A stretch of 64,000 nucleotides of DNA from Candidatus Velthaea sp. (GCA_965214935.1 CBDCCS010000021.1:224001-288000), one strand, 5' to 3'; positions 19,901 through 29,322 are shown, counted from the stretch's first letter. Notes: a model not told the origin generated them from the sequence alone. Numbers and translations: made by a program.

Positions 19901-20124
19901 TGACGACCGCAGCGATGATCTCCGGGATGTTGCCGCTCGCGCTCGCGCTCGAACCCGGCTCGGCGGTTCGTGCGAGTTTGGGCACCGTCGTGATCGGCGG
20001 CTTGACGAGTTCGCTAGTACTCACGCTTTTTATCGTGCCGATCATGTACGTGTGGCTGACGCCGGATAAACTTCCGGAACCGACGCCCATCGGCAAGCAG
20101 CAGCAGCAACCCGCGCCGGGCTGA
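16924..20124 (+). CDS. AcrB/AcrD/AcrF family RND transporter
   Basis: 1066 aa; GILIDDSTVVLENI, GLVTKNGILLVDYA, RFRPIIMTT. Confidence 0.95.
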   Translation: MWLTKLFLQRWPLVVVLIAFTTLAGVISFRSLIVQRLPNTDTPTVGMRVSYSGASTTELRDTIVRPIEDQIAGSQDLTHVDATIQTGSATIGSYFTLGSSGDQDLTQIIQAFNAARSQLPSDLVAPVIRIFDPNAATVVSIGITSKSLQPAAIASLAYGQIGPAIEQLGGVSNVIVAGNVQAAYNVVVDPNALSGYGLTLTDIVTTLSANNIRAPGGIAYQPGRETQIDVRGDISSPQAVSGLAVVNGTSGSSGGGSAPTLYGPTPYTGTLYGWTRPAQSILIGDVAKVEDSSVPIRNFAFVNGKPGVELQVQKSSDASEIDVSQMVIKALPALQRQFPAVEMRVDYVQSIYSQQQVEGVERTLLEGIALTAVLMLLFLQSWRNAIVVMIAIPTSLCVAVFAMKSLHFSLDTISLLAMTLVIGILIDDSTVVLENITRHAQDGEDRMEAALNGRSEIGTAAIVITLVDVVVFLPIAFIGGPVGVQLSEFAVVVTVSTLTSLFISFTVTPTLAGVWALKSKWKPWKPIVAFNTGFDWVRTRYHDRLLPAALGQPWPILIVSLLLVVGALLLIPTGLVGEDYIPAADQGEIFFTLTYAPGTPLERTRTVIGKIEAEIDRIPDLQSEVTNAGGYNSPFGGFVLQGNTAQINVFLKNGHKQSTAHWLTYVEDLGRRFAPDAIAIAKPASDPTQGGPRQPIDELVSLPNGADPSMYAERVAQILKQTPGAVDVNDSAQQLLPQVEVTFDRAMARSLGVSIGTASTAIRAAFGGAVATELESPNGLVQVEVIYPRSAQQSLANVLSIPLRAANGAIVRVGDFAQLQLAPTPVVITRTNRADVVHVDATVADGFNLSDVMRDFNQRLAKQKLPPDVRVQPARGGQQELMSLTLAGLGTSLALSIVLVYLLMVALYNDFRDPFVILFAVPVAVVGALGALWITHQTLNLFSLIGTLLLVGLVTKNGILLVDYANTVRRRDGKDKREAAIESAQTRFRPIIMTTAAMISGMLPLALALEPGSAVRASLGTVVIGGLTSSLVLTLFIVPIMYVWLTPDKLPEPTPIGKQQQQPAPG

Positions 20125-20138
20125 CGACCGAACTCCGG

Positions 20139-21263
20139 CTAGCCGAGATTGAGCAACCACGGCGCAGCCACTCGGCCGGCGCCGGGGATCCACCGTGCGA
20201 CGTTTAGGGCTTGCTGAGCGCCGCTCGAAGTGCCGACCGCCGCGTGCAAAGCACGTTCGACCTGCAGCCGGCGCGCGATCGGCTGCAGCCGGCGTTCGTA
20301 GCATTGTAACGATGCTGCCGAGTAATCGCCGCGTGCGAGAGCCCACAACGCGACATCGGCGGCAAGCGCACCGCTCGCGATGGCGGTATGGATGCCTGAA
20401 CCGCTCAAAGGACTCGCCAGCGAGGCTGCATCACCGGCAAGCATGATTCCGGCGCCGTGCACGGGCGTCGTCCGCCAGCCGAACGGTATCGGCCAAACCA
20501 GCCGCGCTCCAGCTTCGCGGCCGCCGCGCAATTCCGGCCGTTCTAAGAAACGCGCGAACGCCGCACCTAAATCACCTGATCCCGGCTCGCCACGGACAAA
20601 ACCAAGACCGACATTTGCAACACCGTTGCCAAGCGGAAAAATCCAACCGTAGCCGTCGCCGCGCCGGCCGACGTAAAAACGCATCTCCGTACCTGCTTCC
20701 GATACGTTTTCGATATAGACGCGGGCTGCAATGCCGATCTCGGCCGGCCGGCGCGGCGGTATCTCGAGCGTGCGCGCAACCGCTGAACCCCAGCCGTCCG
20801 CGCCTATCGTTATCGGCGCGCGAAGAGCCGTTCCATCGGTCAACTGTACACCGCACACGGCGCCGTACGCATCGCGCACGGCCGTGACGACACGCGCCTG
20901 CACGAAAGCCGCGCCGGCCTGGATTGCTGCTGCCACGAGCAGCGCATCGAATATTCGGCGCGGTATGACCCGCGCTCCGAGCCGCCGCGCCGCGCGAATA
21001 CCAAGCGTTGCACCGAAACGGGTTCCATCCGGAGCGAAAACAAACGCTCCGCTTAGAGGCTCGGTTTGATCGATCACATCGAGTTCGATGGCGCGCCGGC
21101 GCAGCTCGCCGATCGCATACGAGCCGATAAGATCGCCGCAGGCCTTGTCGCGCGGAAACATGGCGGCATCGATGAGCACAACGCGCCGCCCCGCGCGCGC
21201 CGCGATCAGAGCGGCCGTCGACCCCGCCGGACCGCCGCCGGCAACGATGATATCAGCGTTCAA
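20139..21263 (-). CDS. Geranylgeranyl reductase family FAD-dependent oxidoreductase
   Basis: GGGPAG, FPRDKACGD, GADG, GYGWIFP, GDAA...PLSGSGI. Confidence 0.85.
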   Translation of the reverse strand: MNADIIVAGGGPAGSTAALIAARAGRRVVLIDAAMFPRDKACGDLIGSYAIGELRRRAIELDVIDQTEPLSGAFVFAPDGTRFGATLGIRAARRLGARVIPRRIFDALLVAAAIQAGAAFVQARVVTAVRDAYGAVCGVQLTDGTALRAPITIGADGWGSAVARTLEIPPRRPAEIGIAARVYIENVSEAGTEMRFYVGRRGDGYGWIFPLGNGVANVGLGFVRGEPGSGDLGAAFARFLERPELRGGREAGARLVWPIPFGWRTTPVHGAGIMLAGDAASLASPLSGSGIHTAIASGALAADVALWALARGDYSAASLQCYERRLQPIARRLQVERALHAAVGTSSGAQQALNVARWIPGAGRVAAPWLLNLG

Positions 21264-21328
21264 AGTGCGTCGAGCGGCGCTTACGGCTCAGCGGCGCTTG
21301 GACTGCAAACTCCGGGTACAACACAGCC

Positions 21329-21610
21329 ATGTCAGATTCAACGACCGATCCGATTGTCGTGCGCGGCGAACATGCGGCCCTGCGCGTTTGGCGCGATGAA
21401 GAACCTACGAGTGACAAACCCGAAGAATCACGGCCGTATGAAACGCTCGGGTACGTCGTGGCGGGAGCGGTCGACTTGACCGTCAACGGTAAAACGACAA
21501 GCCTGCGAGCCGGTGATGCATATACGGTACCGATGAACGCGCCACATCGCTATATCGTACGCGAACGGTTGACTGCCGTCGAAGCGATTGCACCAAGCGC
21601 GACGACTTAG
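21329..21610 (+). CDS. Small cupin-domain protein
   Basis: E..GYVVAG...LTV...L.AGD...VP.N.PH.Y cupin motifs. Confidence 0.8.
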   Translation: MSDSTTDPIVVRGEHAALRVWRDEEPTSDKPEESRPYETLGYVVAGAVDLTVNGKTTSLRAGDAYTVPMNAPHRYIVRERLTAVEAIAPSATT

Positions 21611-21832
21611 CTCTTCGAACTGCAGCGCGATCCGCTGACTTCCGGTAGTAAGGGATCGCCGGCATTCGTCTCAAGTTAAGCGTCACGTCGTGTGCATTGC
21701 TAACGAAAAGCGGACGGATTTTACCGGATCCGCCGAATGTCTTGCCTCAAGAATCCCGGTGCACTCGGGTTTATTTGAGCGTTGCCCGCGATGTCAAGGA
21801 CGATAACTGCGGCCAACGGCGGCGTTGGATGA

Positions 21833-22252
21833 TCACATCGGGTGCGCGAACCACGTCGTACCGTCGTCGAAATTGACTTGCGATACGTTGCAAGTCGCAG
21901 CATAACTACCGCTAGCCTGACCGGCGAATGTTGGATAGGAGCGCTCGATCGGAAGTCCGGTCGCGAACATGCCGCGATCGGTGAGCGAGACCGTGTCGCC
22001 TTGATAGCGGAATGTAAAGCGGACGGCCGTCGCCGTTGCATGTCGCAGATTGACAAACCGCACGTTCAAGCCGGAGACAAATTCGATTCGCAAACTATTG
22101 AGCGGATCGAGCAATAGTGAGCGACTCGTCACAACGCATAATTCGATGCGCAGCGGCAGGTCGGCGGCAGCCCCGGTGGGCACAGTTTGCGCCCCAGCTT
22201 GTAGCGGAAGCACGGACGCCGCCATTGCGACACACATTGCGAGTCGCCACAT
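21833..22252 (-). CDS. Hypothetical secreted protein
   Basis: Signal peptide MWRLAMCVAMAASVLPLQAGA; Cys pair; C-terminal V.FDDGTTW. Confidence 0.6.
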   Translation of the reverse strand: MWRLAMCVAMAASVLPLQAGAQTVPTGAAADLPLRIELCVVTSRSLLLDPLNSLRIEFVSGLNVRFVNLRHATATAVRFTFRYQGDTVSLTDRGMFATGLPIERSYPTFAGQASGSYAATCNVSQVNFDDGTTWFAHPM

Positions 22253-22475
22253 TGAGCGGCGGATCGACCGAACGTAGCAGTACCCGACACTGAATCGCTC
22301 GGCCGCTACGCTTACCACCGCCAACGAAATCATACCGCTCGGACCGGCCCGCTGAAGCGAAAGTTCCGCGCTACGATGATACAGATCATACCCGGCTTGA
22401 CTAAGCGGCTTGTAACGCGGATCGCAAACCAATCGACGCTATTCTCGTAGCCGTCATAAGCCGGCGGCTGCGACA

Positions 22476-25130
22476 TCACGCTTCTGCCGTCACCTCATCG
22501 AGATCGAACGACTCGATTTCGTAGAGATTCGTGCCGGCTTTGAGCGTGACTTCGATCGGAACGCTCAAGGTCATCGCCTCTTCCATCTCACGCTTGACCA
22601 AGCGGCTGAAGCCGTCGAGTTCGGCGCGCGGGATCTCGAAGACGAGCTCGTCGTGAATCTGCAGCGTCATGACGGCGTTGAAGCCCGCGCTGCGCATGTG
22701 CGCGTCGAGCCGAACCATCGCGAGCTTCATGAGGTCGGCGGCGCTGCCTTGCAGCGGGGCGTTCGTCGCTTCGCGTTCGGCGGCGGCACGCAATGCATAG
22801 TTTTTTGCTCGCAAATCGGGCATGTAGCGCCGCCGTCCGAGCAACGTCGAAACGTAACCGCGCTCGCGGCCTTCGTCCAAGCAACGCTCGATATACGCGC
22901 GAACGCCGGGAAAACGGTCGAAGTACGCCGTCGTGATCGCGCGCGCTTCGCCGCGTTCGATTTCGAGACGCTGCGCCAAGCCGAAATCCGACATGCCGTA
23001 GAGCAGACCAAAGTTTACCGATTTTGCCATGCGCCGCTGGTTCGGGGTAACGTCGGCAAACGGGCCGATCTCAAAGATCCGTCGCGCCGTGAAATCGTGA
23101 ATATCCTGATGCTCGTGGAACGCGGTGCGCATTGCTTCGTCACCCGACAAATGCGCCATAAGCCGTAATTCGATCTGCGAATAATCAGCCGCCAACAACA
23201 CGCGGTCCGCCGACGGCGCGACGAACGAACGCCGGATCTGCCGGCCCAGTTCGCTGCGCACCGGGATGTTTTGCAGGTTCGGGTTGGTCGAGGATAAGCG
23301 GCCCGTCGCCGTCGTCGTTTGATTGAAAATCGTGTGCAGCCGGTCGTCGCGCGGATCGACGAGCGTCGGCAAAACATCGATGTAAGTATTTTTCAGTTTC
23401 GAGACTTCGCGATATTCGAGCACTTTGGCGGCAATCGGAAAACTGCGCGCCAGGCCTTGCAAGATGTCGACGCCCGTCGCGTAGCCGGTTTTATTTTGCC
23501 GGCCCGCCGGTAAGCCGAGTTTGTCGAAGAGCACGCGTCCGAGTTGCTGCGGCGACCCGATGTTGAACGGCTCGCCGGCGATAGCATAGATTTCGGCTTG
23601 TAAGCGCACGACGTCGGCGTCGACACTCACCGAGAGCGCACGCAACTCCGTCGTGTCGAGTTTGACGCCGGCGTCTTCCATCTTCGCCAGCACGATCGCG
23701 AGCGGAACTTCGATGCCGGTGTAGAGCGCGAGCTGGTCGCGTTTTTCAAGTTCCGCGCGTAACACGCCCGTCAGCCGGCCGGCGGCGTCGGCCGCAGCGG
23801 CCGGATCGTCCGCCGCGAGTTCGCGCCGCAGCCATTCACGCGTCGCATCGCCGATGTCCGTATACGCTCGCGACGGATTTAGAACGTGCGCGCCGATCAT
23901 CGGGTCGTCGGCAATCGCGCGTGCCGGAACACGCAAAGCCGCGATCGTCGCTTTCGCATCGTAGACGACGAGATCCGGTACGTTCGACCAGAGTCGGGCG
24001 AAAGCGGAAGCGATTGCCGGTCGATCGAGCGCAGCGCGCAGAAAGCCGACCCCCGTGCGATCCGCGATCGAAAATCCGATGCCGTCGCCGCGCAGCGCGA
24101 TTGCAACACGCCGCTCCGACGCCGCTGCGTCGATCAGCGCCGCTAGCTCCGTGAACTCCGCTGCATCGGTCGCTGCCGTAAACGACGCGTGCGTTCCACC
24201 AAGCTGTTCTTCGGGGGCCGTCACCACCGGCGTCGACGGCGGCTCGAGCCGGTTCAGCAACGTCTTGAATTCAAGTTCGCGATACAGGCGGTAGAGCGCA
24301 TCGCTCGAGGGTGGGGCGTATGCGGCCAGCTCCCAGTCCAGCGCGATCGGCAAGTTGCGGTCGATGAGCGAAACGTCGCGGCAGATCCGCGCCTGTTCGC
24401 CGAAATCGACGATAAGTTTTTGCAATTTCGGCGAACCGGCGAGGGCCGGATCTGCGAGCAGCGCATCGAGCGATCCGGCGCTCTTGATGAGTTTGATCGC
24501 GGTCTTTTCGCCGACGCCCGGGATGCCCGGCAGATTGTCGGACGGGTCGCCTTTGAGGCCGCGATAGTCGGGCAATTGCAGCGGTTCGAGATCGAAGCGC
24601 GCGCGCACCGCCGCGGCATCATAGCGTCCAAGCTCGGTGATCCCGCGCCGCGTCGTCAGCACCAGCGTCCGGTCGTCGACGATTTGGAGCAAATCGAGAT
24701 CGCCGGTGACGACCGCCACCTGCTGCTGCATCGCTTCGGCTTGGCTCGCGAGCGTTGCGATGACGTCGTCGGCCTCCTCGCCATCGACTTCAACGATCGG
24801 AATGGCGTACGTCGCGAGAATCTTGCGCACGAGCGCAAACTGCGACCGCAGATCGTCGGGTGTCGCATCGCGATGTGCTTTATATTCCGGAAACATCGCT
24901 ATGCGTGCTTTGGGCAAACCCTTATCGAACGCGGCGATAATATGCGTCGGCTTTTCATCGGTGATGATCTTCGTGAGCATCATCGTAAAACCGTAAGCCG
25001 CATTGATCGGCACGCCTTGGGTCGTCGTCAACACCGGCAACGCGAAGAACGCGCGGTAGACCAAGCCGTAAGTGTCGATAAGCATGAGTTTCGCGCTATC
25101 GGGCGCGAGCGGTCCCAGCTGCTGGTTCAC
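22476..25130 (-). CDS. polA: DNA polymerase I
   Basis: 5'-3' exonuclease (LVYRAFFA, EADDVI, GDPSDNLPG) and Pol A motifs (DYSQIELR, AKSVNFG..YG, QIHDEL); GTG overlaps upstream stop. Confidence 0.98.
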   Translation of the reverse strand: MNQQLGPLAPDSAKLMLIDTYGLVYRAFFALPVLTTTQGVPINAAYGFTMMLTKIITDEKPTHIIAAFDKGLPKARIAMFPEYKAHRDATPDDLRSQFALVRKILATYAIPIVEVDGEEADDVIATLASQAEAMQQQVAVVTGDLDLLQIVDDRTLVLTTRRGITELGRYDAAAVRARFDLEPLQLPDYRGLKGDPSDNLPGIPGVGEKTAIKLIKSAGSLDALLADPALAGSPKLQKLIVDFGEQARICRDVSLIDRNLPIALDWELAAYAPPSSDALYRLYRELEFKTLLNRLEPPSTPVVTAPEEQLGGTHASFTAATDAAEFTELAALIDAAASERRVAIALRGDGIGFSIADRTGVGFLRAALDRPAIASAFARLWSNVPDLVVYDAKATIAALRVPARAIADDPMIGAHVLNPSRAYTDIGDATREWLRRELAADDPAAAADAAGRLTGVLRAELEKRDQLALYTGIEVPLAIVLAKMEDAGVKLDTTELRALSVSVDADVVRLQAEIYAIAGEPFNIGSPQQLGRVLFDKLGLPAGRQNKTGYATGVDILQGLARSFPIAAKVLEYREVSKLKNTYIDVLPTLVDPRDDRLHTIFNQTTTATGRLSSTNPNLQNIPVRSELGRQIRRSFVAPSADRVLLAADYSQIELRLMAHLSGDEAMRTAFHEHQDIHDFTARRIFEIGPFADVTPNQRRMAKSVNFGLLYGMSDFGLAQRLEIERGEARAITTAYFDRFPGVRAYIERCLDEGRERGYVSTLLGRRRYMPDLRAKNYALRAAAEREATNAPLQGSAADLMKLAMVRLDAHMRSAGFNAVMTLQIHDELVFEIPRAELDGFSRLVKREMEEAMTLSVPIEVTLKAGTNLYEIESFDLDEVTAEA

Positions 25131-27508
25131 TCGACGGTCAGCGCGATTGTCGCCGCTCCGACATCGCCGTCCGCAGTAACCTTCAAGATGGAAAGCACGT
25201 ACGATCCTCGTTCCTGCGGCATGGTGAGGGCGACGGTCGAGCCGGCATTTTGCTCGACCCGCCAGACCAGCGCGCGCGGAGCGGCGGCCGCCAGCGTCGC
25301 GTCGGTCCGCTCTGCCGCACGCGGCCGGTCGAACGCAAAGATATTGCCGGCCGTCGAGCGCGCCGGCGCGACCCACGCATGCCAAGCCGGATCGTCGGAT
25401 GCGGGATCCTGCGACGTCGTGCCGGCGGCAGCCAAGCTTTCCGGCGCGTTGACGAAGTCGGCGCCCTGTGCCGGGATGCCGTCGGCTAAGCGCAGCGCAA
25501 CGGTCGAGGTCTCGTGCCCCCCGCCGTCGGCAATCGTGATGGTCGCGACGCTGCCGGCGGTGTAGGTCGCCCGGTCGGCGTGCAAGACCGTGATGCGCGG
25601 ATGTCCGGGTCCATCGACGGCGACGGCGCGCGTGCCGTACGTCAGCGCGCCGTCGCGTACGAAAGCAACGCCGGCTTCAACATCACCGACGGTATCGGGT
25701 ACGCTTAGGTTTGCGCCGGCACGCCCGTCGCGGACCGCAACGCGCACGGCCGCAAACGAGCGCGCGCCGTCGAGCGTCACGAACGCATCGCCGGATGCGC
25801 CGGCCAAGTTCGCGCTGAGATCGACGCGCGCGTTGACTTTGTAGCGGTCGCGCGCGAAGTCGATCCGGATCTCACCGCTGCGGCCGCTGCCGCCGGCGGA
25901 TACGGCGCTCGGTTCGACGGCGACGGCAGCAGCATCCAAAATGTACCGGTCGCCGCTGCGTGCGCTGGCCGTAATGAGGCTTGTGCCCGGAACGGGATCG
26001 CGAAACGTCGCGCGCGCCCGGCCGCCGGAATCGAGCACCACGGCGGTTCGCGCGCTGTTCGCGCCGTGCGTTAGGCGTACGTCGACGGGCAGTCCGGCGA
26101 CCGGGGTGCCGTCCAGCGGATGAAAACCGCGAACGTCGACGATCGCCGCTTCGCCGACGTTGAGCGAACTGTGCTCGCACGTGACCGCTAGGGCCACGGT
26201 TGCCGTCGGGGTCACCAGCCGCGACGATACCGTTGCGCCGCCGCTTTGGGCCGTAATGCCGTACGTCGACGCCAGTTCATCGCCGGGCGCCGGCAAAACG
26301 ACGTGCGCGACACCCGTCGCGTCGGTGCGTACGCGGCGGTCGAGAATGACGGTCGTGGCCCAAGCCGGTGCATCATCCGGCGTCCCGGGCGCCAGCACGT
26401 GCGGCGTGCGCACGACCCGCACGCGAACGTCGCGATCGGGCTGCGGGACGCCGGATTTTTCCAACGTGACGCCGACCGGAATATCTACGTTCGCCCCGCA
26501 CGCACCCCCACCGCACTCCGGCACGATCGTGAGCGTCGCATCGCCGACGGACTCGACGTGCAGCGATGCCCCGCCCGTTGCGCCATTCGCACTTGCCAGC
26601 ACCGCCACGTCGCCCGCGGGTGCATCGGCGGGCAACGTCACCTCGGTGTTAAAGGCGCCGGCGGAATCGAGTTTGGGACTCGCCGCCAGCAACGCCCGGC
26701 CGCGCGTAACGATGCTCAGCCGAACGTTGCCCGCAGCCGGACGCATCTCGGGACCCCGACGCACGCGCGCAAAGCCGACGACATGCAACGCCTCGCCGGC
26801 ATGCACGACGCCGCGATCGAGCCGTAAGCCGACCACCGCCGCCGGTTCGGGCGGAACGGGTACGAAGTTGAGAAATGCGAAGCTGCGGCCCCATTCCGCG
26901 AGCGCGAAGCGCGGGCGCGCACCGCTCAAGCGCACGATGCCGTCGGCGCCGGTTTTGCCGTACGTGAATGCCGCTCCGTTCAAGTACGTGAGGCGCATGC
27001 CGCTTAGGGCGCGGCCGGTTCCAAGGTCCGCGCCATACAACACGATGCCGCCCGGCGATTCTTTACTGAGCAGCCCGATGCGCGACAGGTTGAGCCAAAC
27101 TTGTTGCGTGGCTTGTCCGCGCCGCGCTTCGATAACGAAGAAACCTTCGCGCCCGCCGAGCGGAACGGCAACTTCATTGGACTCGAACTTCAAGCCGATC
27201 GGCGGGGTAAACCGCCAGGCGGCGACCGCTTTGCGTCTGGTGGTGTCGATTGCACGCGGTCGCGCATTGGCGCCCGCGACGAGCACGTCCGCCGGGTCGA
27301 CTTGATACGCCGCCAAGTTGACCGGAGCACCGCTATAGGTGTCGAGCCGTACCGTTACGGGTTTCCACGGCACTTGCGTATCGCGCGAGAACAACGCAAA
27401 ATACGCGTCCCACTTGCCCGAATCGAGTAACGCACGCGCGGCTTGCAACGGCGTCAGCGTGGCCAAGACGAACGCCAGCACGCCGAGTGACGCAAACAAC
27501 TTAGTAAT
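25127..27508 (-). CDS. Secreted alpha-2-macroglobulin-like (MG domain) protein lacking thioester region; start ATT 27508 or TTG 27499
   Basis: Signal peptide; GKTGADG, LDRGV..AGE.LHV.G..R (MG2-like), DR.TY.AG patterns; no CxEQ. Confidence 0.6.
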   Translation of the reverse strand: MTKLFASLGVLAFVLATLTPLQAARALLDSGKWDAYFALFSRDTQVPWKPVTVRLDTYSGAPVNLAAYQVDPADVLVAGANARPRAIDTTRRKAVAAWRFTPPIGLKFESNEVAVPLGGREGFFVIEARRGQATQQVWLNLSRIGLLSKESPGGIVLYGADLGTGRALSGMRLTYLNGAAFTYGKTGADGIVRLSGARPRFALAEWGRSFAFLNFVPVPPEPAAVVGLRLDRGVVHAGEALHVVGFARVRRGPEMRPAAGNVRLSIVTRGRALLAASPKLDSAGAFNTEVTLPADAPAGDVAVLASANGATGGASLHVESVGDATLTIVPECGGGACGANVDIPVGVTLEKSGVPQPDRDVRVRVVRTPHVLAPGTPDDAPAWATTVILDRRVRTDATGVAHVVLPAPGDELASTYGITAQSGGATVSSRLVTPTATVALAVTCEHSSLNVGEAAIVDVRGFHPLDGTPVAGLPVDVRLTHGANSARTAVVLDSGGRARATFRDPVPGTSLITASARSGDRYILDAAAVAVEPSAVSAGGSGRSGEIRIDFARDRYKVNARVDLSANLAGASGDAFVTLDGARSFAAVRVAVRDGRAGANLSVPDTVGDVEAGVAFVRDGALTYGTRAVAVDGPGHPRITVLHADRATYTAGSVATITIADGGGHETSTVALRLADGIPAQGADFVNAPESLAAAGTTSQDPASDDPAWHAWVAPARSTAGNIFAFDRPRAAERTDATLAAAAPRALVWRVEQNAGSTVALTMPQERGSYVLSILKVTADGDVGAATIALTVE

Positions 27509-27908
27509 CGTAGTGTATCGTTCCCATCGTGGTTGACTGAGCCCGAAATGCAATCGTCAGCGTTCGCTTTTCCCCGGGTTTGATCGGACTGAGATCGTTC
27601 GATATTCCAGCCAGCGCGGAGGCTCCGCTATCGACTGCGAAATACCGTTCGCCGGTACGGTCGATGAGCGCGAAGCGTGCAATCGCCGGCACCAGCGCCG
27701 CGCTTTGGTCGTTCGTTATTTCGACCTTGGCGATAACGTACGTTACGGGACCGGCGCCGATCGCATTACGCGAATCGCTGCTGTCGACGAAGCTCGACTG
27801 GACGACGACGACCGTACCGCTGCCGTTAATGAGCGTCGTGTCGTCGGCCTGACGGCATGCGCCAAGCCCGAACGACAGCAACAAAGCGCAGGCCAGTCGT
27901 CTGTGCAT
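27501..27908 (-). CDS. Small lipoprotein (DUF4352-like Ig fold)
   Basis: Lipobox LGA-C; V.ITN, F.LID..G..Y, IKPGE....IAF. Confidence 0.7.
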   Translation of the reverse strand: MHRRLACALLLSFGLGACRQADDTTLINGSGTVVVVQSSFVDSSDSRNAIGAGPVTYVIAKVEITNDQSAALVPAIARFALIDRTGERYFAVDSGASALAGISNDLSPIKPGEKRTLTIAFRAQSTTMGTIHYDY

Positions 27909-27971
27909 AGCACCGGCGGGTTCGGCGTATTCCAGGAGGCGTCCCGTGCTGCACGACCAAATGCATTTACG

Positions 27972-28139
27972 GTGGATGATGAGCGTCTCAATGGATCCAC
28001 GTCGCTACCGTGCCGCTTCTGCGGAAGCGATGCGGACGAACCGGATGAAAAAGCACTACGCGAACGTGCCGGGACATTTCAAGTGATCGTGGCCTGCGCA
28101 TCGTGTGGCGCTGCGTTCGCCGCGCTTTCACGCAATTAA
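27972..28139 (+). CDS. Small putative zinc-ribbon protein (55 aa)
   Basis: CRFC...CASC; abuts next gene. Confidence 0.55.
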   Translation: MDDERLNGSTSLPCRFCGSDADEPDEKALRERAGTFQVIVACASCGAAFAALSRN

Positions 28140-28697
28140 GTGCGGCTTGCAGCAGCCGCTTTGGTCGCAATCTTGGCCGTTGCGCCGGCCGCGATAGCGG
28201 CTGCGATCCCGAGTCCGCATCCCGCGCCGGCAAGGTCCGCAGCGCCCGCGCGAATCGATCTTAATAAGCTGCAGCCGAAAACGCTGCTGCCCAAGCGCGC
28301 AGAGCACCAAGAATACGTTGTTGAGGTGAACAAACTCGGACAAGTCGCGCGCGTTCGCACCGAGCACGGTAACGGCGACCCGACGTTCAACGCGCAAACG
28401 TACGGGAATGCGCTTCAGGCGTTTATCCGCACGCCGGACGGACACGTCGTGCTCGGCACGTACCGGCTGGCGTACGACTTCGATCCCAAAACAAGTCGCG
28501 TCCGGCGCGAAGTGACGTTGATCAGTCAAGGCGGCGTCAATCCGGATGCCAAAGGCGCCGTCGCCGACCTGCTGAGCAAAGTTCATTCGCATACGCCGAT
28601 TCCAATTGCGCCGAATGCCGGGTCGGCAATCGATCCGCGCACGTTACCCGACTTGAATCGCGTCATTCCGCCCTCACCGAGCCCCTCGGCGCACTAA
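28140..28697 (+). CDS. Hypothetical exported protein, weak TonB C-terminal-like pattern
   Basis: Signal peptide, Pro-rich linker, VEVNKLGQVARVR....G...F. Confidence 0.6.
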   Translation: MRLAAAALVAILAVAPAAIAAAIPSPHPAPARSAAPARIDLNKLQPKTLLPKRAEHQEYVVEVNKLGQVARVRTEHGNGDPTFNAQTYGNALQAFIRTPDGHVVLGTYRLAYDFDPKTSRVRREVTLISQGGVNPDAKGAVADLLSKVHSHTPIPIAPNAGSAIDPRTLPDLNRVIPPSPSPSAH

Positions 28698-28701
28698 CGG
28701 C

Positions 28702-29322
28702 ATGCTCGTCGCAGACGAACGATCGGGCGCACTGGGGTTACTCGAGCGTACGTCGCATGCACGAGCGTTTGCCGCCGGACCCTTACCGCCGATGGCGTTG
28801 CGCCGCGTCGTCGATGCCGGCCGTTTTGCACCGTCGCTGTTCGACACCCAGCCGGTGCGCTTCGTGGTCGTTCGCGATCCGGCAACGTACGAGCGGTTAC
28901 GAGCGGGTTGTAATAAGTCGCGCGACACGTTCATGAGACTGCGCGGCATTTTCGGGCGACTCAACGCGCGGCTGCGCCGGCCCGAATATCAGGCGGGCTT
29001 ATTACGGCAGCAGCACGGCGACGTTGTTCCGCCGAACGGCGTTGCGATCGTCCTGTTACAAGATGATTCGTATCCGGAATCAAGTGAAGCATGCGCGTGC
29101 GCGCTCATGGCGATGGCGCTCGAAGCGACGGCGTGCGGGTTGGCCAGTCAATTCACTAGTTGGACGCGCGGTTTGGCGTTCGATAAGAAGATGGTCGCGC
29201 TGCTCGGTGTTCCCAAGGGCTTCAAAATTTTCACGAGTATCGTTATCGGCAATCCGGTCGAGCCGTTGACGGCGCGCCGCAAAAAACGGCGCAGCGCCGA
29301 CGACGCCGTTCGCTGGTTGTGA
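28702..29322 (+). CDS. Nitroreductase family protein
   Basis: R.S.RAF-like, APS..DTQP.RFVVV, L.ATA.GLAS motifs. Confidence 0.85.
   Translation: MLVADERSGALGLLERTSHARAFAAGPLPPMALRRVVDAGRFAPSLFDTQPVRFVVVRDPATYERLRAGCNKSRDTFMRLRGIFGRLNARLRRPEYQAGLLRQQHGDVVPPNGVAIVLLQDDSYPESSEACACALMAMALEATACGLASQFTSWTRGLAFDKKMVALLGVPKGFKIFTSIVIGNPVEPLTARRKKRRSADDAVRWL

Noticed and set aside
21611..21832. Intergenic gap as a possible ncRNA or riboswitch (also 22253-22475 and 49016-49169)
   Set aside because: No recognisable conserved motif or terminator by eye; would need an Rfam/Infernal scan
22280..22285. GGGTAC upstream of the 22252 gene (also GGGTAG at 46731-46736)
   Set aside because: Spacing to the start (27 and 16 nt) differs from the 9-10 nt set and there is no good -35, so not counted in the regulon
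24189..27305. Long alternate-frame and antisense ORFs (for example 24189..25565 + and 26160..27305 +)
   Set aside because: Typical high-GC shadow ORFs opposite well-supported genes
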